From positions 66,650,001 through 66,714,000 of the forward strand of contig OZ024743.1 of assembly GCA_964016885.1 (NCBI GenBank): a stretch of DNA of 64,000 nucleotides, written 5' to 3'. Source of the DNA: Eledone cirrhosa. Lineage: Eukaryota. Under the pieces are notes generated by a model. The model did no database searches. It was not told the origin of the DNA and was given only the letters and a program-made list of their open reading frames with translations. The translations under genes were made by a program, and so were the position numbers. This document shows, one piece after another, positions 1 through 11,800 of the stretch (positions within the stretch are counted from its first letter, which is position 1; every line of letters begins with the position of its first letter).

Positions 1-205
1 CACACACACACACATAAGTAGCTACGTTTTATAATTTCTAATGTATATGCGTGTGTGAGTGTGTGTGTATGTAAGTATGTATGTATGTAAGTATGTATGT
101 AAGTATGTATTTATACATAAAATGAAACTAATATTTATCATTAACAGTGACTGTTTACTTCAAATGCTTCAAAGTTTCGCCGATTCTGGCTTCTGATACC
201 CTGAT

Positions 206-237
<32 letters not shown>

Positions 238-260
238 GTATATATACATATATATATATA

Positions 261-316
<56 letters not shown>

Positions 317-539
317 TGACTTCTTCTTCCTCACTTTTCGTTGCTTCACCATCTTTGTTTGTTTACACTCGTGTCCCCTCTATTTACGTGTCCCAACGAC
401 TTCTTTTAGCCGTTGCTCGCACCAACCGGATGTATATGGTCTTTAAAGCGATGAAATACCAATGATGGTTGGAAGATCACTGATGAAGGACTAACTTTAT
501 TCATATGTAACCCATTAGCAACCACGCAGCACGTTTATT

Positions 540-576
<37 letters not shown>

Positions 577-1066
577 TTGAGAGACAGAGGGAGTGGATAA
601 AAGAGAGTAGGTGAGGGGTGAAAGATATATCGAGGTATAGAATTTGTTTTAAAATGTGCTATATGCTTCCATGAAGTCCCCAGGTCTCTTCTAAATAGTT
701 GGTGTTCAGCGAAAAAAGATTAACAGAGATAGAGCGTAAATAAAAGTTAGCTGAGCCACTTAAGCACTCGTCTTTACAAGAAGGACATGTAAATGTGATA
801 TGTCTTCCAGATAATATTTTTGGTAATGTGATAAATCTAAAATCTTTATTCACGAAATTTCAATTAAAATATATAATACATATAAAAATGTTTAGGTTTT
901 GAGGCTAAAAGGCGTCCAACATCGCTTTCCCAGTGATAGAGGCCCGGGTGGTGTGTGTGTGTTGGGGGGGGGGGGCTTTATCTTGTGTGTGGGAGCTCAT
1001 ATGCAGGCTGCCATGTGTTCTCAGGTGGGTGACTGTCAGCTAAAATATAGATCCTGTCTTCTACAT

Positions 1067-1249
1067 CAGGTATATCAAACTGAGCGCCCCTTAGGGCCAC
1101 ATGAATCACATGTGTATTGTCTGAGGGCCACGCACAACTAATTGCACACATTACAACTAATTTTACGAAGATAAACCATGCTCACGCTGTAAAAACCTGT
1201 GTGCGGGCCGCAGGTGTGCTTGTAAAGGGCCGCATGTTTAACATGCCTG
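1067..1249. mobile_element. hAT-type MITE (non-autonomous DNA transposon)
   Basis: Imperfect TIRs CAGGtatatcaaac / gtttaacatgCCTG with an internal gcggccc/gggccgc-like subterminal motif, flanked by an exact 8-bp direct repeat TTCTACAT (1059-1066 and 1250-1257). 8-bp TSDs are typical of hAT. Confidence 0.75.
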
Positions 1250-1520
1250 TTCTACATCGCCTTTCTTTATATCCTTCTTCCAGTCGCTTCTGTGCGCCAT
1301 CACTCTACTCCTTGTCCTCCTCCACTTTCTATCTGTTCTATATTTCATCTGACTGTCACCCACATTTTGGATTGTCTTTCTCTTGACCAATGGCCGCTGG
1401 TCTCTCTCCTCTGAGGAATTTTTGTACATCACTGTCTTTCACAGTATTTAGCTGTTTCAACGGCTATTCTAGTGATGAGTTTCCTCATTTTTATAGTAAT
1501 TCAAATACATTCTCGCCTAA

Positions 1521-1768
1521 CCTTTTAGCATTCAAATTACTTTATATTTACTATTGTATTTTCATGGTAAAGGCTTTACCTTGTATTTTAACGGTAAAGG
1601 CTTTACCTCACGTAATTATCTCACATAAAATGGAATCTATGAGATTTTGATATTATTTATTTTGAGAAATATACCTTAACATCGGTATGAGTGGCCGGTT
1701 ATGGCTGGGTTAAACAGAAAGAGGTGAGAGATGTCTGGTCGGATATGGCCAGTTTAAATGCTAAAGGG
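1521..1768. mobile_element. piggyBac-like MITE
   Basis: Inverted ends CCTTTTAGCATTCAAA (1521-1536) and TTTAAATGCTAAAGGG (1753-1768). TTAA on the right (1769-1772) and CTAA on the left suggest a degenerate TTAA target site. Confidence 0.6.
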
Positions 1769-1772
1769 TTAA

Positions 1773-2100
1773 TCTCGGTCAGAGACAGCGGCAACCTGGT
1801 GCATTTGGTGACTAACCCAGGTTTTGCTGCTGGTCAGGTCAACGAGGTCAAACTGTCGAAGTATTGGTTGCCCTCCGATAGGTTTGTGGTCGACACTGTG
1901 GCTGTGGAGATGTCCGGTGTCCTTGGCTCCCGGACCATCTCTCTACTCAATACTATCACGGTGGAGTTGGTCACCCGCAAGAGCGAGTCCTACGTGTTGG
2001 AATGGCTATGCCAAGGCGTTTCCCTCGCCACCCTATGGGGAATCGTCGTCTCAATTCCGTCCGCTGAGAACACATGGCATCCTGCACGTGGGCTCCCACA
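1773..2100 (+). mobile_element. Dispersed GC-rich repeat with coding remnant (possibly LINE ORF1 fragment); related to 26950-27520
   Basis: Shares CAGCGGCAACCTGGTG...GTGACTAA.CCAGG with the minus strand at ~27220-27255; reads SGNLVHLVTNPG. The family assignment is only a guess. Confidence 0.4.
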
Positions 2101-2131
2101 GACAGTCTGTCTGTTTTGTTGTATGTTTCTC

Positions 2132-2215
<84 letters not shown>

Positions 2216-2265
2216 GAATTGGTGCTGTGAAATAGCTATATATATATGAATATATATACACTGTA

Positions 2266-2498
2266 TGCTTAATTAAAAGCATTTCGAAGACCTTACGCTA
2301 TTGTTTTAGAGTAGTGACAGTCTCACTTACTTTCATTTTCAGCAAACAGGCGGAGTACTTAGCTTTGATAAGCACCAACAAGTGCGAAACAGAACTCTGT
2401 CAGCTTTATCTCCCCTGTTTACTGAAAATTAAAGTAAGTGAGACTGTCACTACTCTAAAACAATAGCGTAAGGTCTTCGAAATGCTTTTAATTAAGCA
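2266..2498. repeat. Long inverted repeat (~85-bp arms) capped by a hammerhead ribozyme
   Basis: 2266-2350 is the near-perfect reverse complement of 2414-2498. The end of the right arm is tandemly duplicated (2461-2497 repeated at 2497-2533). Confidence 0.9.
2361..2405 (+). ncRNA. Type I hammerhead ribozyme, U3-A8 core variant
   Basis: AGCT-TTGATAA-GCAC caacaa GTGC-GAAA-CAG aact CTG-TC-AGCT: stems I, II and III all pair, with a GUC cleavage triplet (predicted cut after 2401). UUGAUAA keeps the 3-8 pair as U-A. Confidence 0.8.
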
Positions 2499-2534
2499 AT
2501 AGCGTAAGGTCTTCGAAATGCTTTTAATTAAGCT

Positions 2535-3462
2535 CACAGACATCTACCAAGCGAAAACGGCAATCAGCGGATACTCCACATTCTATAGAGGTTTATTGGA
2601 GGATATGTGTGACGACGTTCTCGGGGAATCTCTAGACATCGAGGAGGATGAACTGACCAGTCTGTTCGGGAGGACTCTCCGTGCAGGGCCCATGGATAAC
2701 TTCCAGAGGTCTCTGGCCTGGCAGTGCTACCGAGGAGCTCTACCAGTTCGAGACAAAATCTACAGGCACGGACGCCCTGGCAGAGATCCTGACAAAAGGA
2801 CCTGTCCAAGATGCGATCAGGACATCGAAACTGTTCTGCACACAATTGTTCAGTGCCCAGGGGTGACCGACCTGTGGAATTATGTCGAACAGCCATTGTC
2901 ACGTGTGGGACGCATCCAGTTGTCAGCCGAGTCCATCGTGAGGATCACCCCGCCGCCTTCATTTAAGAATGAAGGAGAGGCGGTTTTCTTCTGTCTGGTG
3001 GCTATGGCGAAAGGCGTAATATGGTGGACGAGGTTAAAAGGACTGAGGGCAAACACCTTTCTCTCCCGGCAACAACCCATCCCCTTCTTTAAGTACCACT
3101 TCAGAAGAAAGGTGAGAGGAGAAAGGGGTGCTACACCCCAGTAAATTCGCTGAAAGGTGGGCGAATGTGGCGAAAATGGCCCGACTGAACGGGCCTTATC
3201 TGTATATAAACCTATAGGCTGAGGAAGACAAACAGATGGAAGACCGGAAAACCTACAAAACGTGTTCCTGGTGTTGAGGGTTGTTCTATCCAAGGGTTTG
3301 TTAAAACAACCCTGCAGCAACGTTCCCTCTTACTGGGATTTCGATTCTTTTATTTTATATATAGTTTATTGTTATTAATTATTGTTAAAGATTTTATGTA
3401 AAACCCCCGCCGTCACGTCTTGTAATGTCCGATTGTTGTACGCCCCTGTGGCAAATAAAGCA
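2535..3462 (+). mobile_element. 5'-truncated Tx1/L1-clade LINE (ORF2 C-terminus and 3' UTR)
   Basis: Frame 2518..3144 has the zf-RVT-like motif (AWQCYRGALPVRD...CPRC...ETVLHTIVQC) and is homologous to 9173-9860 minus. Ends with AATAAA followed by a (TCTA)n tail. Confidence 0.85.
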
Positions 3463-3544
<82 letters not shown>

Positions 3545-3679
3545 ATATCTATCTATCTATCTATCTATCTATCTAACTGTCTGTCTGTTTATCTATCTAA
3601 AAGATTTTTGCTGATACTAATTTTTAAATGCTAGGTATACTCAACTTACAAACTTATTGCTAGCGTCATCGACCCCATT

Positions 3680-4670
3680 GTTATCATCATAATCATCATC
3701 ATCATTATATCACACCATCACCATCACCATCACCACCACCACCATCACTACCATCATCATCATCATCCTTATATCACCCTATTCATCATTATCATCACCA
3801 TCATCATCATCACCACCACCACCATCATCATCATTACCACCACCAACATCATCATTATCATTACCGCCATCAACATCATCATCATCATTACCACCACTAC
3901 CACCACCATCATCATCATTACTACCATCAACATCATCATCATCATTACCACTACCACCACCATCATCACAATCATTACCACCACCACCATCAGCATCACC
4001 ATCATTACCTCCATCATCATCATTATCTCCATTGCTTTCTTCATCACCACAGCGATCATATTCCTCAATCATCTCCATTATCACCATTATCACCATTATC
4101 ACCACTACCAACACCACCATCATCATCACTAAACCAACATTACAACCACCACTACCACCACAACTACTGCAAGCACCACCACCACTATCACCATCACTAC
4201 TACCACGACAACGACGACGACCACCACCACTAACACCACCACCACCACCATTAACACTACCACCACCACTATCACCACCACTACTACCACCACCACCACG
4301 ACCACCACCACTAACACCACCACCACCACCATTAACACTACCAACACCACCACCACTATTACCACCACCACGACCACCACCACCACTAACACCACCACCA
4401 CCACCACCACCACGACCACCACCACTAACACCACTACCGCCACCACCACTATCACCACCACTACTACCACGACGACGACGACGACGACGACCACCACCAC
4501 CACCATCACTAAAACCAGCACCGCCATTAACACTACCACCACCACTATCACCACCACCACCACCACCACTACCATCACTAACAACACCACCACCATTAAC
4601 ACTACCACCACCACGACGACCACCACCACCACCATAATAATCATCATCATCATCAACATCAACAATACCA
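3680..4670. repeat. Low-complexity (CAT)n/(CAC)n trinucleotide region
   Basis: Degenerate ACC/ATC/ACT triplets that produce the poly-Pro, poly-Gly and poly-Val ORFs. Confidence 0.9.
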
Positions 4671-4934
4671 TAGTTCTTTAATACAGGCGTCCTTGTCAAC
4701 GTGTCTGGGTCAATTTGTCCTACATGGGTACGTTGAGTAAATCTTGCAAGAATGTCGCCGATATATGAATAACGAATCGTAGCAGAGAACCAGCCTCCTA
4801 CAGAAATCTACAACAAAACCAACAAATGTAGCACAGTGCAATAATGTAGGGTGGAGGGATATAGGTTGCCGGTTCTGTATCATTACCCACAAACATATAT
4901 ATACGTATATATACCCAAATATAAACGGAGTCAT

Positions 4935-4983
<49 letters not shown>

Positions 4984-4984
4984 T

Positions 4985-5474
4985 TAATTATACTATTTTA
5001 CAAAAACCTTTTGCAGTTATATATATTTTTATACAAACCCTAAATAGTGGTAGGCAGTAATATATTACTACCTTATTACCAGTAAGTTAAGTAGCTCAAT
5101 GTAAAAACATCAGATGATTTACAGAGCAGTTATATGAAATATAAGAATCAAAGAACTGTTCAAAACATTTTTATGCTTACAACTGTTTCCTCCAAACCGA
5201 GGTTTGGATTCTTCGGAGCAATTTATTAATGAATGAACAATTATATGACCTCCTTTTCACCCAAGAGACATACAGATACATATGCAAATATTGTGGGTCA
5301 ACATTCATTACAGCATTTAGAGTGGCAGTACACACTTAGAGATTACATTCATATTAAAAGATACAATCAAAAATACAGGTTAAAATACAACATGAAAATA
5401 AGCGGTTATATATTGCAAACAGTTGTAAGCATAAAAATGTTTTGAACAGTTCTTTGATTCTTATATTTCATATA
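4985..5474 (-). mobile_element. Penelope-like/retrozyme-type terminal repeat fragment with hammerhead and partial inverted duplication
   Basis: Homologous to 35965-36260. Contains the hammerhead at 5174-5220; 5131-5188 recurs inverted at 5417-5474. Flanked by (TA)n. Confidence 0.6.
5174..5220 (-). ncRNA. Minimal type I hammerhead ribozyme (core CCGAAGA, probably decayed)
   Basis: Minus strand: TGCT-CCGAAGA-aTCCAAAC ctcg GTTTGGAg-GAAA-C agtt G-TA-AGCA. The related copy at 36 kb has the palindromic ACAGCTGT stem III. Confidence 0.65.
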
Positions 5475-5509
5475 TTTCATATATTTCATATATATATATA
5501 TATATATAA

Positions 5510-5556
<47 letters not shown>

Positions 5557-5557
5557 G

Positions 5558-5595
<38 letters not shown>

Positions 5596-5633
5596 ATTAA
5601 ATAAATGGAAAACTATATTTATAAAACCATATT

Positions 5634-5699
5634 TATTTCATTATATATATTTCGGGGATATCATATTAATAATATGCTATGCCTTCATCAGACAAAATA
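5634..5699 (-). ncRNA. Minimal type I hammerhead ribozyme
   Basis: Minus strand: TATTTTGT-CTGATGA-aggcatagCATATT att AATATGatatcccc-GAAA-TATATA-TA-ATGAAATA. Canonical core, palindromic stem III, 8-bp stem I with G-U pairs. Confidence 0.75.
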
Positions 5700-6342
5700 C
5701 AATATAAACAGTTTTATAGATAAATAGATTCGACATACCGTAATAACACCGACTTCATTTGAAGAGGTTTACGCTGGCAGTGAAACAATTTTATACAGAG
5801 AGAAAGAAAGAGAGAAAAAAGAAAGAAAGACAAAACGAAGAAAACGAAGAAAAAGAAGAAAAAGAAAAAGAAGAAATGCATGGAACAAAATAGAGAGATG
5901 GAAAGATAGATAAAGCGAAGAACTTCATGTAAAGAAACAGAAAGAGACATATATATATAGAGAGAGAGGAAATAGAGATAGATACATATATATATAGAAA
6001 ATTAGGTAGTGGGAGGTCATTTTGAGTAAATGTATCAATGATACATTTATTTATTTATTTATTTATTTAGCTCAGGTATTAATGTAAGGGAGATATATAT
6101 AGAGAAAAAAAATATAGAGAGAGGAAAAAATAGCGAGAGAAAAAAATTTAAAAATAGCCAGACATATTCGAGGCGCAAAAACCCTATGTTTTAATGTATT
6201 AGTATTTATAAAACTTACACTATATTGTAAATATCAGTATTCCTGAATGAGACAAGTATCCATAATGTGTGAAAATTAATTATCTTATGTTTAGTTTTAA
6301 AACTGCTAGGGCAGATTAACCCAACAATTTTAAATATAACTT

Positions 6343-6433
<91 letters not shown>

Positions 6434-6463
6434 GTATGTATATATATATATATATATACCTAC

Positions 6464-6551
<88 letters not shown>

Positions 6552-6608
6552 ATGTGTGTGTGTGTGTGTGTATGTGAGAAAAACCACAGACCCTCCAGCT
6601 CAACTCTA

Positions 6609-6644
6609 CTTTTGAAAAGCAGAAGAACTGCGAAACCGGTAAAG
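6609..6644 (+). ncRNA. Minimal hammerhead ribozyme, U3-A8 variant (short stem I)
   Basis: CTT-TTGAAAA-GCAG aagaa CTGC-GAAA-CCGG-TA-AAG, with palindromic ACCGGT stem III. Stem I has only 3 bp. Confidence 0.55.
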
Positions 6645-6775
6645 AAACCAAATAAATATATATATATATTTTTTAAATAAGACTCCAGTTGCATTTTCGA
6701 TTTCATCATTTTTTCTTTATACTTTCACTCGTGTAGGACACCTCGGTTAATTTTCATTTTGTAAAAAAACCTCAC

Positions 6776-6866
<91 letters not shown>

Positions 6867-6918
6867 ATATATATGTGTATGTAATATAAGATCAAAAGAT
6901 GGTTAAAAGAGTTCCAAG

Positions 6919-6992
6919 TATTTTATTATGCGCATTTCAAAAACAAATATCATCATGGGATGATGATATCTACGTTTTCATCAGATAAAATA
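6919..6992 (-). ncRNA. Minimal type I hammerhead ribozyme (same family as 15201-15270)
   Basis: Minus strand: TATTTTAT-CTGATGA-aaacgtAGATATCATCAT ccc ATGATGATATTTgttttt-GAAA-TGCGCA-TA-ATAAAATA. Perfect 8-bp stem I, canonical core, palindromic stem III. Confidence 0.85.
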
Positions 6993-7146
6993 GGGATACA
7001 TGATATGAAGCTTAAAAAACACTTGTGAATAGTGAAGTTTTAAATCAACATATGAAAAATAATTTAAGATTGATGTATGAGATTGGGAAAAAGTGAGGGG
7101 GTGGAAAAGGTAAGGAAGAGGAGGAGGAGAGAGGAGGAGAGATGGG

Positions 7147-7210
<64 letters not shown>

Positions 7211-7280
7211 TCTTTACAACTGAGAAAAATATATATATTGTCTCACAGAGAGAAGTTAAAAAGCCGTTGTGTATGTATGG

Positions 7281-7334
<54 letters not shown>

Positions 7335-7337
<3 letters not shown>

Positions 7338-7914
7338 ACATGTATCCCAGTACAACCTGTCTCATGGCTGGGTAGTTGGCGACTAAACTGGCAACCCCAC
7401 CAAGGTTTCTTGGTGAGGAGGGTGACTTTGGACATCCTGCAGGACTAAAACAAAACCTGTCAAAGGGCAAAGGAGCTCATAATAGTCAATGGCCATCCAA
7501 AATCACCGGGAGAGATGACCCCTTAGCCTTTGTTAAGGCAGAATTCTAGGAGAAGGAAAACTCTAATATAACACCTGCAACTCTGATGGTATCCAATGAT
7601 GTTGACTTGTTCTTCTTTTTGGTAAATATCATCTTGGTTAAGAGAGTGGGACTGGGTTTGTGCAGTGCTTTTGCTCACTATAAAAGCTTCACGGCACAGG
7701 CATTGCTTTATATCTGGAGATCTCTCTGTAATTGTCGTCACATGGTGCCATGGGCCCAGCACTATGTGTCAATAATTGTCACACGTGTAGTGTTTGTACC
7801 AGAGTTTTCAAGTCGCTGGCTGGACTAAAAAGTCACAGTCGTTCAGCCCATCGGTAGGGGTTCTCCTACATGGATATAAAGTAGTCACCATACTCGAAAA
7901 CGAGTTGGCAGCCA

Positions 7915-7916
<2 letters not shown>
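7335..7916 (+). mobile_element. RTE-derived bipartite non-autonomous retroelement, copy 1
   Basis: The 5' part carries the RTE 5'-UTR-like motif CTAGGAGAAGGAAAACTCT. The 3' part encodes HTCSVCTRVFKSLAGLKSHSRSAHR* (7780-7857), an RTE C-terminal zinc finger. Close copies at 44205 and 46066. Confidence 0.75.
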
Positions 7917-7956
<40 letters not shown>

Positions 7957-8059
7957 ATATATAATGTTGTAGCTGTAGAAATACAGATCGCGTAAGCGTG
8001 AATACACGAACATGTAATAAATATATACATATATATAATATATAAGCATGTATGTATGC

Positions 8060-8625
8060 ATGCCAGAAAACTACGAATTTCCCTGTAAATTGAAAAAAAT
8101 GATTTTCGGCTGCTACACAATCGAAGACAAAACATCTAATGTTGGCAAGATTGGGGGCATGGAAACCTTTCTTATGAGATCAAAACTACGCTGGGCGGGT
8201 CATGTCATCAGAATAAGTGACAAATGTATTCCAAAAGTCCTCATCTAGTCAATTTTGTTGATGGATATAGAAATGTTGGATGGCCATGGCTCATATACAA
8301 AGACAAGCTGAAGAGTAATCTTTTAGCAACCAATATATTTTATAAGGAAGTGGCTTTACAGTGGAAGAACTGGGGATCTGTGTGTCATAATGGGATCAGG
8401 AACTTCAAGTCCTATTATATCTATAGGCTACAAGAAGCAAGAGGTGGGAGAGAAGCATTATCAAACATATCAGCAACATTATTCAGTAAAACACACCCCT
8501 GCACGATCTGTGGACATGCTTGAAAATCTCTGGCAGGTCTACAATGTCCGATATAAACACTGAAACTAAATGAACTGAATACGTTGTTCGGATCCTCATA
8601 GGTCGAAGTCGATGCGAGGTTCCAA
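8060..8625 (+). mobile_element. RTE-clade LINE 3' fragment (decayed)
   Basis: Frameshifted peptides LRWAGHVIRISDKCIPK, G.R..GWPWLIYKDKLK and HPCTICG..KSLAGL, typical of RTE ORF C-termini. Confidence 0.8.
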
Positions 8626-8782
8626 CATATATATAGTAATAATAAAGACCAAAATCATAAGTGGGCTTGATAAGGGTTGTGCATATCTAAGTTTCAGATG
8701 ATCCCGCTTAGCGTGAAAGCAAAAAGTCAATAATTAAGCTTTTGATCTGTACTACTACTACTACAACTACTACTACTACTAC

Positions 8783-8871
<89 letters not shown>

Positions 8872-8894
8872 ATAATAATAATAATAATAATAAT

Positions 8895-11800
8895 GGTTTC
8901 TTTATTGACCACAAGCGCTGATACGAAGAAAAACATTAGAGACGGCACAGAACAGTACAGGACGATACAAAGTGGGTTTTGGTCGTGTAAACAGGTTATA
9001 ACAATATCGGGCTAAAAATCCAAAAAATTTCAAACAACAAAAATTCCCCAAGAAGGGGGAAACCTCCGAGGGTCACTCGTGGTAAAAACCACACAAAAGA
9101 CCACGGCCACCCTGACCACCAAGGCAAGTGCCCTCCCTCACTTTTCCCAATCCTCAGTCTACAGGCGTATACTCAGAGCGGACCTGTTACTCGGATTAGA
9201 CTCGCCACTTTCACCCACCTTTCAACAAACTTACTAGAAGACAGTTCTTGCCTCTTCGCCCTGATTTTCCTCTTCAAGTGAAACTTGAAAAAGTTAATCA
9301 GGGATTGGCCGAAGAGGAAAGTGTCCGTCTTCAACACTTTCAACCTTGTCAACCACACAATCTCTTTCGCCATGGCCACCAGGCAGATAAAAACTGCCTG
9401 CCCTTCATCCTCTTTAAAGGAGGATGGCGGGGCTATCTACACAATGGACTCAGTCGATAACCGGATCCGTCTTACACGCGGCAGCAACTGTTCGACATAG
9501 CTCCACAAGTCAGCAATCCTCGGGCACTTAACGAGTGCGTGCAGGATGGTTTCGTCGCCCTGCGGGCATCTCGGACAGGCTCGGCTGACAGCACTTCCGT
9601 CTGTAGAGATTATCCCGAACCGGCAACGCTCCCCGGTAGCACTGCCAGGCCAGGGATTTCTGGAAGTTGTCCATAGGCGCCGGTCTGAAAGTTCTCTTGA
9701 AGAGAGCAAACAGCTGATCGTCTTCGACGCCCATTGTCTCCCCGAGAACATCGTCGCTCTTTTCCTCCACTAGCCCTCTATAGAACGCCGAGGTGGATGT
9801 TCCACCGATACTAGTGCCCAGCTGGTACAGGGTGGTGAGCGCTTGGAGACATTCCAGTTCCAAGCGCTATCCCTCGGTTTTTTCCTGATCCAGGACTGCA
9901 GCTCCGCCAAGGAGACGAGCTGGGGAAAAGCGGCGACCATACCTGTTCACCGTCAAGGAAGCACCAGAGATGTCACAGCCTCAGCGCATGCTTGCGCATC
10001 ATCAGCCACGGCATGCCTAGTCCTCCACGCAACAGGTGTTGACAGAAAATGGATCGTCTGACCATGGGAGCACGTCCATTCCACAAAAAGCGGAAGAGAT
10101 GGCGCTCTATTTTGGTCAGAGTTGGGCAGGGTCAAGGTACAACGGTCAGGCGGTAGCAGATGACGGACGCTATGTACGCATTCGCCACCTCCGCCCGACC
10201 TTTCAGAGACAGCCTTCTCTCGGCCCATTTCTGGGTGAGAGAGGTCACCCTGCTCGTCACCTCGCTCCAGTTTTTCTCCATCTCGAGGTCCGGACCGAAC
10301 CAGACCCCGAGCAATTTAACCGGTCCTTCTGTCCAGCGCCCCACGACGCTGTCGGACGGTATGGACTTTCCTCTCCAGGTGCCGAGTTGCAAGCCCAGCG
10401 ACTTTTCCTGGTTTATCTTTGCTCCTGTCATCGCTTCGTATTCCTTGAGAGCGGTGTCGAGCATCTGGACGTGTTTGGTACTCGACACCACCACGATGCG
10501 TCGTCGGCGTAAGCTGACACACATCTCCCGCGTCCCAGTTCTCGTGGCGGACCGAGCGGACTGAGCGCATGATGCTAAAAGGCTGCGACAGGTGACCACT
10601 CACCCTCACAATCGAGCAGATGTCGCTGTGCATCGCAGCGATACAGCCCCTAAAAACGGGCCCGACGCCGGCCGCCTCGAGTACCTCAGCCAGGTACCGA
10701 TGGTCGACTCTATCAAACGCTTTAGATTGATCCAAGTTGATCAGGGCCCTACCCGTGCCAGGTTCCTTAACCACCCTCTCTATGATGTATCGCATGAGAT
10801 GGCGGTTGTCGTGGATGGATCTGTCCGGGATGAGGCATGTCTGCGCCTCTCCCACCAGATCACCGACGACAAGCACCAATCTCTTTGCTAACACCGTGGC
10901 CAAAATCTTAAACTCTGCGTTTAGCAGAGTTATGGACCTGAAGTTGTCTATAACGTCCCCCTTGTTCGGGTCTTTTCTCAGCAGCGCCACAGCTCCCCGG
11001 CTCACAAATCTGGGAATGCGTCCGTTCTGTTGCCAGTTGCAGTGGACATCTGCCAAGAGGTCGTCGAACAAGTGTGGCATATACGCATAAAGCTCGTAGG
11101 GCAGACCATGCAAACCTGGCGATTTACCACTCGTGCAATCAAACATCGCTTCCTTTATTTCACCTGCTGTTATCGGCTTTTCGCAGCACTGCGCTGCGGT
11201 CGTCGAGAGCCGCGGCAGTCCTTCGAGGTATGCACCGAAGTCCATACTCCGAACCGGCCCGCCGCCGCTCCCGAACTATTGAGCAAAGTGCTGTTGGAAA
11301 GCCGCACACATCTGCTCGGGTTCGAGCAACATGCGCCCGTTTTGATCAGGCAAAAACCAAATTGTGGACTTGTTGCCACGTCGCGCCTCCGCCACCCGGG
11401 CCCATTGAACCGCTTTCGTCCCCTCGTGTCTTAGAACACGCGCTCTAGCTCTGACAACGCAGCCTTCATGCTTTGCGTTGAAGAATTGGTCGAGTGCCAA
11501 TCTCGCCGCAAGCACGTCGGTTGCGATGCCTGTCCTAAACGCCTCTTCTAGCTTTCTAACTAACTCTCCCTCTGCTCTATTTTCCTCTGTCACTACTCCT
11601 TTGCTAAACCTTATCGATTCTACTCTAATAGCCCTTTTCAGGGCAAACCACCACCTGTTGTTGACGTTCGCAATCGCCAACGCACGCTTAACTAATTCGC
11701 TTATCCGGTCTCTGTAAGCTTTGCGCGCCGGGAAAGACGCGTTCAGCTTCCAGTAACCGGGTCCTTGCCTATGAAGTCTATCTAAGTCGACTTCACAGAT

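Noticed and set aside
163-200. Minus-strand GCC-agaatc-GGC-GAAA hairpin
   Set aside because: Lacks both CUGANGA and the NUH site; too degenerate to call.
445-535. CTGATGA motif in a repeat also present inverted at ~36685-36777
   Set aside because: No closing stem II or GAAA downstream in either copy, so a hammerhead cannot be folded. It may be a truncated one.
3769-4699. Long Gly-, Pro- and Val-rich ORFs (extensin- or formin-like appearance)
   Set aside because: Open in several frames on both strands only because the DNA is a trinucleotide repeat; no non-repetitive coding context.
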